This document shows positions 1 through 12,431 of a DNA stretch of 64,000 bases, piece after piece; position 1 is the stretch's first letter; each line of letters starts with the position of its first letter. A program made the translations under genes and the position numbers. The notes below the pieces were generated by a model. It did no database searches. It worked only from the letters and a program-made list of their open reading frames with translations, and was not told the origin of the DNA. Source of the stretch: Takakia lepidozioides (taxonomy: Eukaryota; Plantae; Bryophyta); NCBI GenBank assembly GCA_030704615.1, contig CM060734.1, positions 14,880,001 through 14,944,000 of the forward strand, read 5' to 3'.

Positions 1-206
1 ATGGCGTAAACAAGCAAACCTAACAAGCATAACCAAAACAACTTCGAATTTCTGCAACATGGCAAGTAGATGGCAACTATGCCATCCCGCTTCTTTAAGA
101 TATGTTTCTTATAGATAAGAAATAGGGCAGTGGCCGAGACTGCCAATGCTGCCAACACTGTCCTTGCGATAGCCATTGTGAAGGGGCAATATTCACCGGT
201 GCTCAT
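1..206 (-). CDS. Candidate small single-pass membrane peptide ORF, open at the window edge
   Basis: Manual translation from ATG at 206: MSTGEYCPFTMAIARTVLAALAVSATALFLIYKKHILKKRDG... Hydrophobic helix plus basic tail, similar to the ORF at 11337-11453. Confidence 0.3.
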   Translation of the reverse strand, partial: MSTGEYCPFTMAIARTVLAALAVSATALFLIYKKHILKKRDGIVAIYLPCCRNSKLFWLCLLGLLVYA

Positions 207-1321
207 TGTCTGTTCTGGAACCGCTTTCGTGGCAGCTTATTTAGATTGATGTCGATTTAGCCTAAGGGCCCCCGGAATGAGGACAGAACAGAGCTGATCC
301 AACCATATGGTAGGCCAACCACACCCCGATATAGATAAAACCTTTTCTGGGGAGGGAGTTTAGGTAAAGGGTTGACAGCCACACCTTAGTAAAGGGGGGA
401 GTACACCTAAAAAATAACCTTGTGGAAGCTGGAAAGAAGCTAGATTTTTGACGGCTTAACCAGGTTTGTCTCGGATGAGGTAGTCGCAGCTTTTGAGTGT
501 CTTGCTATGACCAACCCTGAGCTATTCGTAACGCCGCGCCCTGAGTCTCTCGCGTCAGTCCTTCCCCCCGGGAATCCTTCATTTCACGCAAGAGGAAGGA
601 AGATAGCTCCCTATCTTTGGCAGCTTTGAAGAAAGTGATCTAATCAAAGTCCAGAAGCTGAATATGAATTAAAGCTGTGGCTCTGACAGATCTGAGGTGC
701 AAGAAGAAAGGAGGCTTGTCTCCACTCCATGCTCAGCTGCTGATATTCGATGCTGGCGTGAAGGTCTGCGTTCAAAATACAATTGCGGGTGATTGCATGC
801 TTTTGCGGTCCCCTGCTTGCAAATCATGATTGTGACGGTGCCAGTTCTGGAACTAGCCATAATTTATGTTCCCATCCTCCAGGTACTTCTTCTTTGAACC
901 CTCGTCGGTTGTAACTTGTAACTAGCAAGAAATGCTTAAACCCATCACTGCAAGCAACGCTCTCCTCTCATTGTCGAGAGATTTCCCGTTTCCTTCCTTC
1001 ACATTCGTTTGGTAACACATAACCTTCTTTAACCCGCAAGGATCTCATCTTCTTTGAACCATAGCAACGCTCTCTTGCTCAGATCAACCTGGCTTTGTAT
1101 ATCACAGAGGAGTATGCCAGGCGAGGGGGCGCGCCTCAGCACTATGTCCCAGACACAATGAGGCATAGTGTCGGGGATGCCCGGGCAAAAACTGCCCGCC
1201 CTGCCACGTTGGCGCACAGCCCTCGGCCCTCCTCCCCGTTGACTCCCTGCTCCCCAGCGCCACGAGGGCACAAGCCTGCCTGTGGGACCCGCCTGCCCCC
1301 TAGCCGTCCTCGCCCAGGCCC

Positions 1322-1445
1322 TAACTTATGGTGTCACTTCACCACAAGGACTACTGCCTTCCAGCTGAAAGGACATACCAGACCGTGGTTTGAACCCACA
1401 ACCACATCCAACGTGGTATGTGCCCATTACCACTGGGCTACATGC
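1322..1445 (-). mobile_element. tRNA-derived SINE-like repeat, copy 1
   Basis: Reverse complement of 25682-25820. Pol III box A TAGCCCAGTGG (1440-1430) and box B GGTTCAAACC (1396-1387). Confidence 0.65.
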
Positions 1446-1555
1446 TGGTTGTCTATGGAAAATAACATAACACTACTCCCATATATCATTTTAGGAAAAT
1501 ATGAAAGTGTTTTCTCTGTTTTTATTTGGGGGACTGTATTTTTAATATGAAAATA

Positions 1556-2193
1556 GGAATAATGTAAGAACTTAATGCACACGGCAACCTCTGATAGGAT
1601 GGTACGCCGCTTTTCGGCATGTCAAATCTTCCCCACCCTCTTTTGAGAGTGACATGGAACTGAAGGAGTGTAAACTCGAGTCGGGGTTACATGGGGTTAC
1701 ACGACGAAGTGTGTAACTCCACTTGGGGTTACATTGGGTTACACGATGAGGTGTGTAACTCCACTCGGGGTTACACAAAATGGAATGTAACTCCTCTCGG
1801 TGTAACTCATACTTGGTCTCGAAATTTGACTAAGTCCAAATTTGGTGAAGTATAAAATGGACTAACCAGAGTTACATGAGAAACCAGGGTTACAGAGGGT
1901 TACACCAATTGAAGGGTTACACTACCGAGGTTACGCCGACCAGGGTTACACTATAAGCGCCTCCCATCAAGAATTGAACCCTGATCCTTGCCTCCTGCAC
2001 CGCTATCACCTTACCATCATGCTACCCACCACAGCTTGTAACCTACTTGGATTATTAAGTATTTAACAGTGAAACCCAGATAAGAGGGGGTGGGGAGGAT
2101 TTGACAGGGGCCCCGCCGGAGGAGCCCAGTCTTCCGGAATCCGGCGAAAGTACCGCCAAATCACAGGCGTCCATTAAGTTCTTACATTATTCC
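1556..2193. mobile_element. MITE with perfect terminal inverted repeats, probably TA-flanked
   Basis: aataggaataatgtaagaacttaatg (1552-1577) is exactly inverted at 2172-2197, readable as TA|GGAATAATG...CATTATTCC|TA. Internal gggttacac/gtgtaact repeats at 1668-1950. Confidence 0.75.
1957..2035 (-). other. Degenerate tRNA-like Pol III internal promoter (SINE head or tRNA pseudogene) inside the MITE
   Basis: Minus strand reads ...TAGCATGATGG (box A-like, 2024-2014)...GGTTCAATTC (box B-like, 1980-1971). No convincing cloverleaf. Confidence 0.4.
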
Positions 2194-2339
2194 TATTGTC
2201 TTCCTTTTTAATATAAGTGGATGGTTGGGTTTAAGAGTATGGTGCAATATATTATTTGAAAAATTAATGATAAAACATATAAAAATTAAAATATATATTC
2301 TGGTATATTAAGCTATGCACATATACAAATAGTGGGTTT

Positions 2340-2780
2340 AGAAGTGTCATTTAAGTGGACTAGTACTATAAAAGATCCTCATATTTCGCACATCTCAAAC
2401 ATTAATCCATACACATATGCAAATATATGCAAAATATGATTGGGGAGTGTCATGTAAGTAGGCTAGTGTTGTATTACATGATGATATTGCATACACATTG
2501 ACAAAAGTATATAACACATTGTCAAGCATTGAGCCATATACATTTAAGACAATGTGCAAAAATTGCCTTATAAGTGTCATTTAAGTAGGCTAGTAGAACA
2601 CTACATGTTGATATTTCATACATAATGTCAAAAAGTGTATAACACATTTGCACACATTTAGCCATACACATAAGTGGAAGTAGGAAAAAATTGCTTTAGG
2701 AATGTCATCTAAGTGGGGATATGTATGGAATGTCAATATTCCATACATACATCATAAAAGTGTATGACATAGTTTAGTGG
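2340..2780. repeat. AT-rich degenerate tandem repeat, ~105-130 bp unit
   Basis: Motif (a/g)gtgtcat(t/g/c)taagt(g/a)g recurs near 2342, 2446, 2572 and 2701. Confidence 0.55.
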
Positions 2781-4569
2781 ATGTTACGAGTACATCTATA
2801 AGTTCATAATGGATAGACATTTTGTGTAAGTGTATAGCTTATGTTGAATATAGATTACTGTAATAATGTGCAAGAATACATATATTACACAGTGAATGCC
2901 TCATTTGAAAAGTCGTCGTCATCCTCCATATTCAGATCTTATACACCCATAAATCCCACATTCACCCTACATGTATATTAAAGCGGGACTCTATGATGTA
3001 AAGAACTTGTTAGTCTAAGTACTTAGACTTGTTAGTCTAAGTATGTAAGTGAGAATGTAACTTTGACATGATAATGTTTGACAAATGTGTCAAAGCAAAT
3101 TGTGAATCGAAGTTCAAATGCATCAAGATCAAGAAGAAGACACAAAGACAAATGAAGGTTCTCTTAGGGTTAAGGTACATATGTATCAAGTTCATATCCC
3201 AATAACATGTATGAATGATATTTTAAAATGGATGAATGTAGTGCAATCTATCCATATATTAATTTTTATACCTCCAATTGCTATTGCAACTTGGCAATGG
3301 ATGGGTTTAAGCACTTGTACCTTCATTATTAAGCACTTGTACCTTGAGGTTCGAACCCTTGACTCTTGAGGCTTGAACCCTTCAATACTAAACTTAGACT
3401 TTCATTTGCAAGTTTTTTTTTTCTTAGCCCTTCATGATGAAAGGTTCAGATTGTATCTCGTCTTTCTTTTGAAGGGTCCTGATTTTTTTGCCCTTCATAT
3501 GGAGCATTTTTTTTTGCATTTTTACAAGTTGAAGGGCGTTGCATTCTTCAAAAATAAACACCGTGGATAGGAGAGCCCGTCGTGCAGCAGGCTCTGGGAG
3601 GGCGACTTCGGGTAGGGAGGCCCTCACGTGGCAAGACCTGGGCGAGGAAGGCTAGGGGGCAGGTAGGTCCCACAGGCAGGCTTGTGCCCGTGTGGCGCTG
3701 GAGAGCAGGGAGTCAACGGGAGGGAGGGCAAGGGTTGTGCGCCAACATGGCGTGGAGTACGTGGCAGGGCGGGCAGTTTTTGCCCGGGCATACCGGGCAC
3801 TATCCCTCATAGTGTCTGAACATAGTGCCGAGGGGGGGTGCGACTGTGGGGAGGGGAAGAAGCGTCAACCGGAGAGAGCTTGGAAGGAGCCACCTGTGGT
3901 CACCACCAATGAGCACGCGACATGGTGGCATTCGGCGTGCCTATTAGGCATGTGACAGTGGTTCAACATGCTTTTCAAATTTCCACCTGTTTACTCGTAC
4001 AACTCTCCGTTGGAGAAAACAGTCATTCACATCTCAACTAGGTCTTGATGCAACTTATCTGTACATTAAAAGATACAGAATTGAAATCGTTGTGCAGGAT
4101 GTTAAAAGCAAATGATCCCAATGTGTTATTTGTTTGGATGGATAATTTAGCACTCACCTCTTTAGCTACAACTTAAATGGGCCTACATATCCCTCTCTAA
4201 GTGTAAAATTGAAAGTGTAAGTGCAAGTACAAAGTTGTGTTGCGAACCAATTGGTTTACCCGAAAAGACGGTGTATATACATGCCCAAGAGGTTGGGCTA
4301 GAAAATAGGCAACCAACAACAAGGTCCTAAAAATCAATTGCAGCTTTCTGACTTAGTATCTAGATTCCAACTTGCTCCTTTGCCCCTCAAGAATGAATGC
4401 ATAGGCAGCTCACAACCAAAAACTCTTGGATGTTTCCGGTTTCCATGCCTCATTGGGAGTTATGTCCTTTAGGGTCCTTCTAGGCTTGCGTGGGACTCCA
4501 ATTTCTAAGGTGCTTTTCTGGTATGGCTAGTCATGATGCATGTGGGTATTGTAATCCTTAACAATGAGA

Positions 4570-4890
4570 AGTTCCCACACCTTGAGAAGTTCCTTTGTAA
4601 ATGGAAAAAAGACTTCATAACTGTTTCCTTCCAATTCGTGGATCACCCAACCTGTCAACTGTAAAGACTTCTACATGGTCACCATACTTCCACAAGATCA
4701 CCTTCACATGCATCCAGTGGGCGAGGCCTGATATCCAATATATTGGCCCACTCCTGAAGTAAACCTCCAATGGTTCATAACGCACCATGCACCTCATGCT
4801 TTCCTCTTGGTATGAAACAATTTGAACCTCAAACCAAGCTCCTTCACATCATGACATGTTGGATCTCACCTCAACTCTAGTACTTGATGA
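4570..4890 (-). pseudogene. Tandem Agenet/Tudor-domain fragment
   Basis: Manual translation RVEVRSNMS*CEGAWFEVQIVSY...VRYE, frameshift to LQEWANILDIRPRP, then WKYGDHVEVF. Matches Agenet motifs VEV...GAWF...IRP.P; contains a stop and frameshifts. Confidence 0.6.
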
Positions 4891-5253
4891 GTATTGTAAA
4901 GTAGCATTTAAAGAAGTTGCAATCGGATGCTTAGTAGGTCTTTTCTCTACTCTCAAGTTTCTTTATCACTCCCCCCCCTTGCCTTCAAGCACGTTGATGC
5001 AACCATCTCGAGGGTAGCTGTTGAGGCATAGACAATTCAAATACTGAATATGGTTTAGTTGGAAATCTGACAACCATTACATAGTGCGTTAGCGACCGGA
5101 TTCACTTCGTATGACCAGTTCACCAGTGTGTTGTTTTCCCTTCCGTCTCGCATCTGTACATAGCATGTCGTTAAAAAGAAGAAGACTAGTTGAATATCTT
5201 CTATATTTATAGTATTTTAGTAGAAATACTACCGACAAGGTAGCTCAGTAGAT

Positions 5254-6773
5254 CAGGGTTGCTATTCCGTGAGCCTGGAGGCATGAGCATGTGAGCCCAG
5301 GAGCCCGTGAGCCCAACATAGGCTCACGCCACGTCAGCATGGAATTCCGAACTTGCAGGGCCTATTTCCGCGGGAGGCGCCTATTTCTGCGGATTGATTA
5401 ACCCTTTTCAGTCATTGCAGATGACATCTGTTACATCCATTTCATCCATCTGTTTCATCCATTTAGACGTGGTTTACATACCAATTCCTTGCATGCTAGG
5501 AAATGGATAAATGTCGTTGTGTTTGAATGGAACATTATCCGGGATGTCCGGGATGAAATAGTGGATGTGGATACATAGTTCTCTGCGTAGATGAATGTGA
5601 CTATGTTGTGTGTGTACGTACGTATGCAATCCCGCCACATGTATGCACCCAATAATGCATATGCAATCATAGAGAAAATCCGATATAGGCAGGGAGGTGG
5701 ACAGACAGGGAGGGAGGGATGACGGATGCTAGAGGGATGGAGTGGGCAGTGTCTCTAGAGGTTGATAGTTTGAGAGGATTGGATGGAGTTAGCAGAAAGG
5801 TAAAGTCGTGGAGCTTCTATGCAGCATGTCATCTTCAGCAGGAATGAATCTCAGAGCAGTTTCCTCGGGTTTTTCTTTTTTTTACAAAATAGGGGACAGT
5901 GGCCTTCATATTTCGTATGCGCCGGCGCATATCAGACAACAGTGTTTTATTTTTATTTATTTTTTAAAACGTTAATTGTTTTATTTTTGTTTTTTGTTTT
6001 TTAATTGTTTTTTATTTTTATCTTACAAAACAGGGGACAGTGGCCCTCATATTTCGTATGCGTCGGCGCATACTAGACAACAGTGTTTTGTTTTAAGAAA
6101 CAAAATTAATTTTTTTTTAGTTTTTAATTTTTGTTTTACAAAACAGGGGACAGTGGCCCTCATATTTCGTATGTGCCAGCGCATAGCAGCCAATAGTTGT
6201 TTTTAAAAAACTATTACTTATTATTATTTATTATTATTATTATTAACAAAATAGGGGACAATGGCTCTCATATTTCGTATGCGCGGGTGCATACCAGATA
6301 ACAGTGTTTTCTTCAAAAACAATTATTTTCTTAAAATTCATTATAACTATATATATATATATATATATATTCCAAAACAGGGGAGAGGCCCTCATATTTC
6401 GAATGCACTGGCACATACCAGACAACAATGTTTTTCTTTTAAAAACAAAATATTTCTTAAATATTTTTATTTTATTTTTTATTTTTTACAAACCAGGGGA
6501 CGGTGGCCCTCATATTTCGTATGCGCCGCGTGCATACCAGACAACAGTGTTTTTTTTATTTCATATATTTAATTTTTGTTTTTACAAAACAGGGATAGTG
6601 ACTTTCATATTGTCATTTTTTTGCTTCCTCGGATATAGGGTCGTTATGCAGTAATCCGCGGAAATACGTCCCATTTCTTAATGTTTTGACAACCCATCCA
6701 TGTTCATAATCATATATAATTTATATTATGGGCTCACGATTCACCGCTCACCGCTCACGGTTTAGCGTCCCTG
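5254..6773. mobile_element. Non-autonomous Mutator-like element in the intron of the START-like pseudogene
   Basis: TIRs cagggttgctattccgtgagc / gctcacggtttagcgtccctg. 10-bp TSD ctcagtagat at 5244-5253 and 6774-6783. Confidence 0.85.
5883..6600. repeat. Internal array: ~6 copies (plus one partial) of a ~60-bp conserved block separated by variable AT-rich spacers
   Basis: Block acaaaa(c/t)aggggacagtggccctcatatttcgtatgcgccggcgcataccagacaacagtgtttt near 5883, 6024, 6137, 6245, 6373, 6487 (partial at 6582). Confidence 0.85.
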
Positions 6774-8099
6774 CTCAGTAGATGGAGGATAGAGCACACA
6801 AGCATACAGTGGATTATTTATTTAGATAAGAGGGACGGAGGCCTCACATCTTTATATATGAGGACATGGAATTTATTCTAACTGCTGATGCATTCGTGAT
6901 AATGTTAATCATAATTTCAAGGGGAAACGAAAAGCATCTGTAACGTATGCTATGAATGACAACACTTTCATAGAACCATTCAACAGATTCGCCAAAAACT
7001 TGAAGTTAAGAAGACTCTGAAATTACCTCGACAGGGAAATGTAGCCATGCAAACCCTGTTCAAACACAAAGTGGTTATCCTCCATGGTGTATGACATGCA
7101 ATGCCTCTCACTGTCGATGGTCAGCCTTTCATACACCCAAAACTCTTGACTCTCATCGAAGCGCAACAACCATGGGCGACCATCCTCACCTTCCACCTTC
7201 TCACATTTAGTTACTCCTGGAGCCCACTTCTCTAAGCCGCAAAAATCAGACTGTATGGCCCATACTCTACTAAGAGGAGCAGCAAGATATTCCTAGACCG
7301 AGCCACACCACTTAGCAGGTGGAGAAACCAACTCTGCCATTGCTTAAATTCTTGCAAATCTCCTTGCTTGTTTATGCCACTTGGTTTTTTTTTCGCCTAT
7401 TCTTCTAAAATTAAGCCTCTTATCGCTTCGCTTCTCCACCTCTTCTACATTGTCGTTGGTTGCGGTTTATTCTGTAAGGGAAGACTTTCACGAATTAGGG
7501 TTACCGTTATGGGTTTGTGGCTTCCGTTTATGCTTTGGGGTTTGAGGTTTGGGGTTTATCATTGCGGGCATGGGTTTTCGGCTTATGGGTTGCCTTGGGG
7601 GTTTGAAATTTGGGTTGCGGGATCAGTGTTTGTGGTTAGGGTTTCCCGTGTTTCCCCGGGTTTAGAATTTGTCGTGTTTGCGTGAACCACCTTATTGAAC
7701 TTGGTGAACCTATTGGATTATGATAGGTATTTTGGCCACTCATTTGCTAAGACAAAGTATTTTAGGCACTGGGTAGGAAGCGTTGGCCCTTCCATCAGAT
7801 ATGACTTGAATTTAAGCACTCAGTGAAGGAGGGGCATTGGGAGAGGAAGATTTTCCCTCTTTTTCCTAGGCTCGGTAGTGCTGTACAATCAATCTTATTT
7901 CAGTCCATGCATGCTCGATTCTTCAGGGCGGCTTTTTATCCCACATTCATCCACCATTCATCCCTTCACTTCATTCATTCATCCATGCTTCTTTCATCCG
8001 ACAAATTTTCATTACATATTCATCCCACATTGCATGCATGGAGCACGACATCTTTGGTCCCTGGCCGCCTACGTGAATTTCCATTGAGAAGAGTTTGTG

Positions 8100-8254
8100 T
8101 CCACGGCAATAGGCCCTGTATTACCTCGGTTGTAGGCTCCGCTTCCCTAATCTGCTCACGCTTACAATCTGCTCACGTTTAAGGGATTCTGCTCACGCTT
8201 AGTGTGCACAGCGTGAGTGTGCTCACGTGAGCTGCTCACGCGGTAGCTACCCTC
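8100..8254. mobile_element. Orphan right-hand terminus of the same Mutator-like family
   Basis: Clustered gctcacg repeats ending gctcacgcggtagctaccctc; reverse complement gagggtagctac resembles the terminus at 57800. No partner with a TSD found. Confidence 0.5.
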
Positions 8255-8269
8255 AATGACAGCCTAGAT

Positions 8270-9010
8270 TTGTTCCAGCAAACATCCCAACCCTACTTAT
8301 CACATTAGTTCTTATACTGACTTGCGTCTGCTTCCAACAGACATTCACTTTTTTGTGCCTCGATTGTCTACCATTGACTGGGGAAACGTATTCATTCCAG
8401 AGCTTCTCCTCATCTCTGTTATCTGTTTTTCAATACTTTCTTGTTGCCACACTAGCAGTAACATGTCAAAATCACTCCAAAACCACCATAGATCCCCCAA
8501 CGAATTAACTTGCAGAATTCAACATGAAAATTTTGGGACGACTCTGATAACAGGGAAAACAGGCTGAAATGTGTTGAAAAATGTGCCTTCATTAGCAGTG
8601 CCTTGTTCTATGAATTGTGCTGTTGCCGCTGCTGTTTCCAGTTGACCATCTACCCACGTAGATTTCTTGTAGCCATTGATCCACAGGAAATCGGAAGTAA
8701 TCTTGTGTTTGAAATCCGGCCCTCTTGTATACATCCTCAGCTGTGCTGCTAGCAGCTGACACTGACGGCATGAAGTTCTTCCAGCAAACACCCTAACCCT
8801 ACTTATTACAGTAGTTCCAATTCTGAATTGCATCTCCTTCTCTCTGTAGTCCAACAGGCATCACTTTTTTGTCTCCATTGTCCCACCATTGACTCGGGTC
8901 AAAAAAGTGTTCATTCCAAAGTTTCTCCTCATCTCTATTATCTGTTTTTGTATACTTAACTTGTCAAAGTCACTCCAAACCGTCACATATCCACCTAACG
9001 AGAAGGACCT
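8270..9010. repeat. Diverged local duplication (~240 bp; 8270-8505 vs 8777-9005)
   Basis: Shared blocks ttccagcaaaca..aaccctacttat, tcacttttttgt, ttcattcca..ttctcctcatctct, tcactccaaa. Confidence 0.6.
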
Positions 9011-9079
9011 CTTGTGTGTGTTGATTGTGTCTGTAGTCAGGTCATGTCGGATTGGTGCAACTGAGCAAGCAGATATTGA

Positions 9080-9830
9080 AACACGGCCTGCTAAGACCAA
9101 ACTGACTCTCCCAAGAACCTTGTAAACATCAGGAAGAATACCAAATCATGGTACTAACAGTACGAGTGAGACCATGATCTTGATTCATGGAATCAAAGTA
9201 GTGACATCATTTATCCACTATGCCCACATGGCTACATGCAGAGAGAAGAGCTACGAACGTGATATTGTTGGGCTTCCAGCTTTGCTGTTGCATTCTTTTA
9301 AATAATTGCACATCCTCCCTACCACAGCCATGCTGGCCATGCTGGGCACATGCTACTATCATCCCACTCCATGAGACCAAATCTCTTTTAGCCATGTTGT
9401 TGACCACTAGACGAGCATCATTCCTGCCCCCCGCATTTGACATACATGTCCCCAAGGACATTCTCCAAATTAATGTATGGGACAATTCCAGCTTCAGCAT
9501 GGACCTCTTTGCCTTTCTCCAGGGCTCCTAGGCTGGCACAAGCATTGAGAACACATATGAACGTGAACCCTCAAAGCTTCCCTACCACACCCATGCTGGG
9601 CATATCCTGAAATCACTGCACTCCATGAAACCACATTATGTTTAGCAATCCTGTCAAACACTTGTCGTGCATTCATGCTCCTACATTTAGCATATATATC
9701 GATAAGGGTATTCTCCAAAATGATATCTGTCGCAAATCCACTCTTGTGACGACAACATAGACCTGCTTGCCCATTTCTAGGGCTTGTAGGCTGGCACATG
9801 CATTGAGAATGCAGTGAATGTGACCCTGTC
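9080..9830 (-). pseudogene. PLS-class pentatricopeptide repeat (PPR) pseudogene
   Basis: NTLIDIYAKC..ARQVFDRIAKHNVVSWSAVISGYAQHGCGREAL and RDLVSWSGMIVACAQHG...PNNITFVALLSACSHVGIVD. Broken by frameshifts and stops. Confidence 0.85.
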
Positions 9831-11336
9831 AGGTGTCACCCGCTCCCGCTGTATTCGCTCATAGATCTTGCAAGCCTCCCCACCACACCCATAACGTTGC
9901 AATCCTTAGTCAATTTCTTGCCCTCTTTCGCAGGGAACGGGGTACAGCCTCGCCTACAAAATGTGTACTCCTTCTCTGTTTCTATAGAGACGCCCTCCAA
10001 TTCGATGCTCATTTGCGAGAATGCCCCCTCCATAGAAGATGCTTCACTGGGATGTAATTGCCAGCTGAAGTACACCTGAGACATTAAAATTGTTCTTCGA
10101 ACCTCTTGCATTATTATTCAACTGCACATCTGGAAGCGAGAAGGTTGTCAGCTGCACCGGTGTCGTTGCATCCGATTCATTCAAAGTGGGGTATCTGGGA
10201 ATTGATCTCTCCTTGACGAATTTGCTTCTGGGAGTGGATTGTAGAGCATAATGGGCTTGGAATCCTCAGACTACAGCCAGTCCCCATTTTGAAATGAAAA
10301 TAAGTTGTGCAGCATCCACCATGTAGGATCTCCCTCTGAGATCGCTATGTGAAACCCCTCCGCACACGGGGGCATCCTCATCCCTTCCCCGCACTGCAAC
10401 ACACCTCCCCATTTCGGGCATTTGGGGCAGGTTCCAAAAAATTTGACGACGATGATGTGGACGACGATGATGATGAGGCACTATGGCACCCTATATCTGC
10501 TCTACGCTAAACTAGTTTCCGACCTTCTGTCATCGCTAGAATATAGCTATCCAGCTGTGTGCACCCCTTTCCATGTTTCCTCTCTTTTGCTCCCTGGGTC
10601 ATCAGCCACACATGGTAGAAAATGTTTGGCTCAACTGTGAGCTTTCCCTTTCAGCCACCACTCTCATTCTTTGGTTGGCTCCCTCGCTACCACTCCTGGG
10701 GTGAGGTTCTTTGGAGCAGGTATCAGAAGCAACGGTTCCTCTCGCCTTCCCACTCTCTGCCTCTTTCCCAGCAATCAATCTCACATATCTCTCTCCTCCC
10801 CCCTTTAAACTCTCTTAGCAGGCCAAGGATGAGCTATGGTGATGACGCTAGGACTTGTTGTTCAATCATGCTGGACTCTTTCATTGTTTCTCATGGACGT
10901 TTAATGTACAAATAATGAAGGGATGGGGCACTTCCAGTCCTCACACACCACGCATGTAATAGTTGGGTGGGGGAAAGACATGCTTTCTTTCTTGTTCTTT
11001 TTGTCAACAGGAAAAAAAGCTGAACAGCACTTAGAAAACCCTACCAAGCCTGAGAATTTACCCTCTGTTTTGCAGATGAGACCATCCTTGTAATCTCACT
11101 AATCAAGTGCCAAATTCCCTTGTCAGTTCCTTTACCACACCTAGCTTTTTCCTTGTAAGGGAGTCTGCAAGGAGGTGGTAGTCAAAATCTAAGAGAAAAC
11201 CTATCCCTGTGCCACCCTTTCGCAAAAGGTGCAATGAAACCCACCCTTGTCCCTTCTTCATCTCTGTCTGCCACCCTCTCTCATATGAATTTTGGTGGTT
11301 TCACTCTAAATCAACAGCCAGTGTGAAAGGAAGAAG

Positions 11337-11453
11337 ATGGCTGAAGGCAACTTTCTGTGTAACTTGACACTCTCAAAGACTCTGTTTGTTGCACTGGTGG
11401 TCTCAGCCACCGCCGTGTACCTCATTTATAAGAGGACTAAAAAGAACCACTGA
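11337..11453 (+). CDS. Candidate 38-aa single-pass membrane peptide
   Basis: MAEGNFLCNLTLSKTLFVALVVSATAVYLIYKRTKKNH*. Good start context (aagATGG); similar to the ORF at 206-1. Confidence 0.35.
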   Translation: MAEGNFLCNLTLSKTLFVALVVSATAVYLIYKRTKKNH

Positions 11454-12431
11454 ACTTGTCCTTTGATATGTAACCATGGTTACGATGATGGTAAAACCTC
11501 AGGGAGTGCTGAAAGCTCCTGCAGCAACTGTGACCATTGTGGCTCATTCACTGCCTCAGGTCCATGTTGTGAAGCAGGGGTAGCTTGAGAATGTCTGAAT
11601 ATTCTGCACTAAATTTCCATTTAAAGTTGCGCAAGGAAGTCCCCTCACACTTGGTCATCTCAAAGGCATGGCTTATGTTAAATTAACTATCTACAGTGTC
11701 AACCATGGTTAGCAATGAGTCACAAAAGAACCGCCTACCTCTATAGCAAGATGGAAGAGACTTTTATTGAACTCTGTAAGTAGAGACACTTGGTTATAAC
11801 TGAGTTATGTACCTGAAGAATTTGCTCGTTCTAGAGCAATCACCGTTACCACACCTCCGCACCACACAAAATTGTATCCTGATTGGTAACTTGTGCCCAT
11901 CTCTGAAGTCTGGTTGTCAGCCATTCAAGTCAGAACCCACTGCAAATTGGATGTAGCTGAGTCTCTGCCAATGATTGATATCTGAAGTGGTTTGATGTCA
12001 TCATTTTATGAATCACATGGCCTGGTAAGGAATCTTTGAGGTCAGATAATCCTGCCGCATGCTTCTGGACCTTCTGATGCTCCAGTGCATCAGTGACCAA
12101 CATCTTGGATACTCCGCTCTCGTACTTCAATGCATCAGACTTCTTCAAATGGTCTTCTTTCAGTTGAGCGCAGGTCATTCCAGCACTTCAGTGACAGATG
12201 CAGGTCCTGTGTTAGGTGATAGAAAGAAAAGTCACTCCAGAAAAACAGATGGGCACCCTTGCTTCTCATTCTGTCTCATGGAGACGGCATCCAGCTCTTG
12301 TAAACTCCCTTCCTTTCCACATTGGCTATACTCTTGGAAGGAGAGAGTTTCTCCTTGCAACACAGCAAAACATCGGATACCAAAGCTGAATTAATCAAGT
12401 ACTTCCCTGATAAATGCTTTTCTGACCTGCC

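Larger units (their letters stand above)
1130..3841. mobile_element. Non-autonomous foldback/Mutator-like element with ~200-bp GC-rich terminal inverted repeats and nested insertions
   Basis: ~1130-1320 is the imperfect reverse complement of ~3635-3841 (e.g. atgcccgggcaaaaactgcccgccctgccacgt vs acgtggcagggcgggcagtttttgcccgggcat). No clear TSD; ends approximate. Confidence 0.6.
5055..7340 (-). pseudogene. START-like polyketide cyclase/dehydrase (lachrymatory-factor-synthase-like) pseudogene, 2 exons (7340-7027; 5153-~5055)
   Basis: Exon 1: MAELVSPPAKWCGSV*EYLAAPLSRVWAIQSDFCGLEKWAPGVTKCEKVEGEDG...WVYERL...SYTMEDNHF...GLHGY. Exon 2 after an AG: ...NTLVNWSYEVNPV. GT-AG intron, in-frame stop and a phase mismatch. 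Confidence 0.7.

Noticed and set aside
5883-6600. CRISPR-like repeat-spacer appearance (also 49865-50620 and 55980-56340)
   Set aside because: Eukaryotic context, no cas genes, degenerate repeats, low-complexity A/T spacers of variable length; two of the arrays lie inside TSD-flanked transposons.
5010-8254. gagggtagctg at ~5010 pairing with the terminus at 8254 as one large element
   Set aside because: Only ~10 bp match, no subterminal gagc repeats on the left and no TSD.
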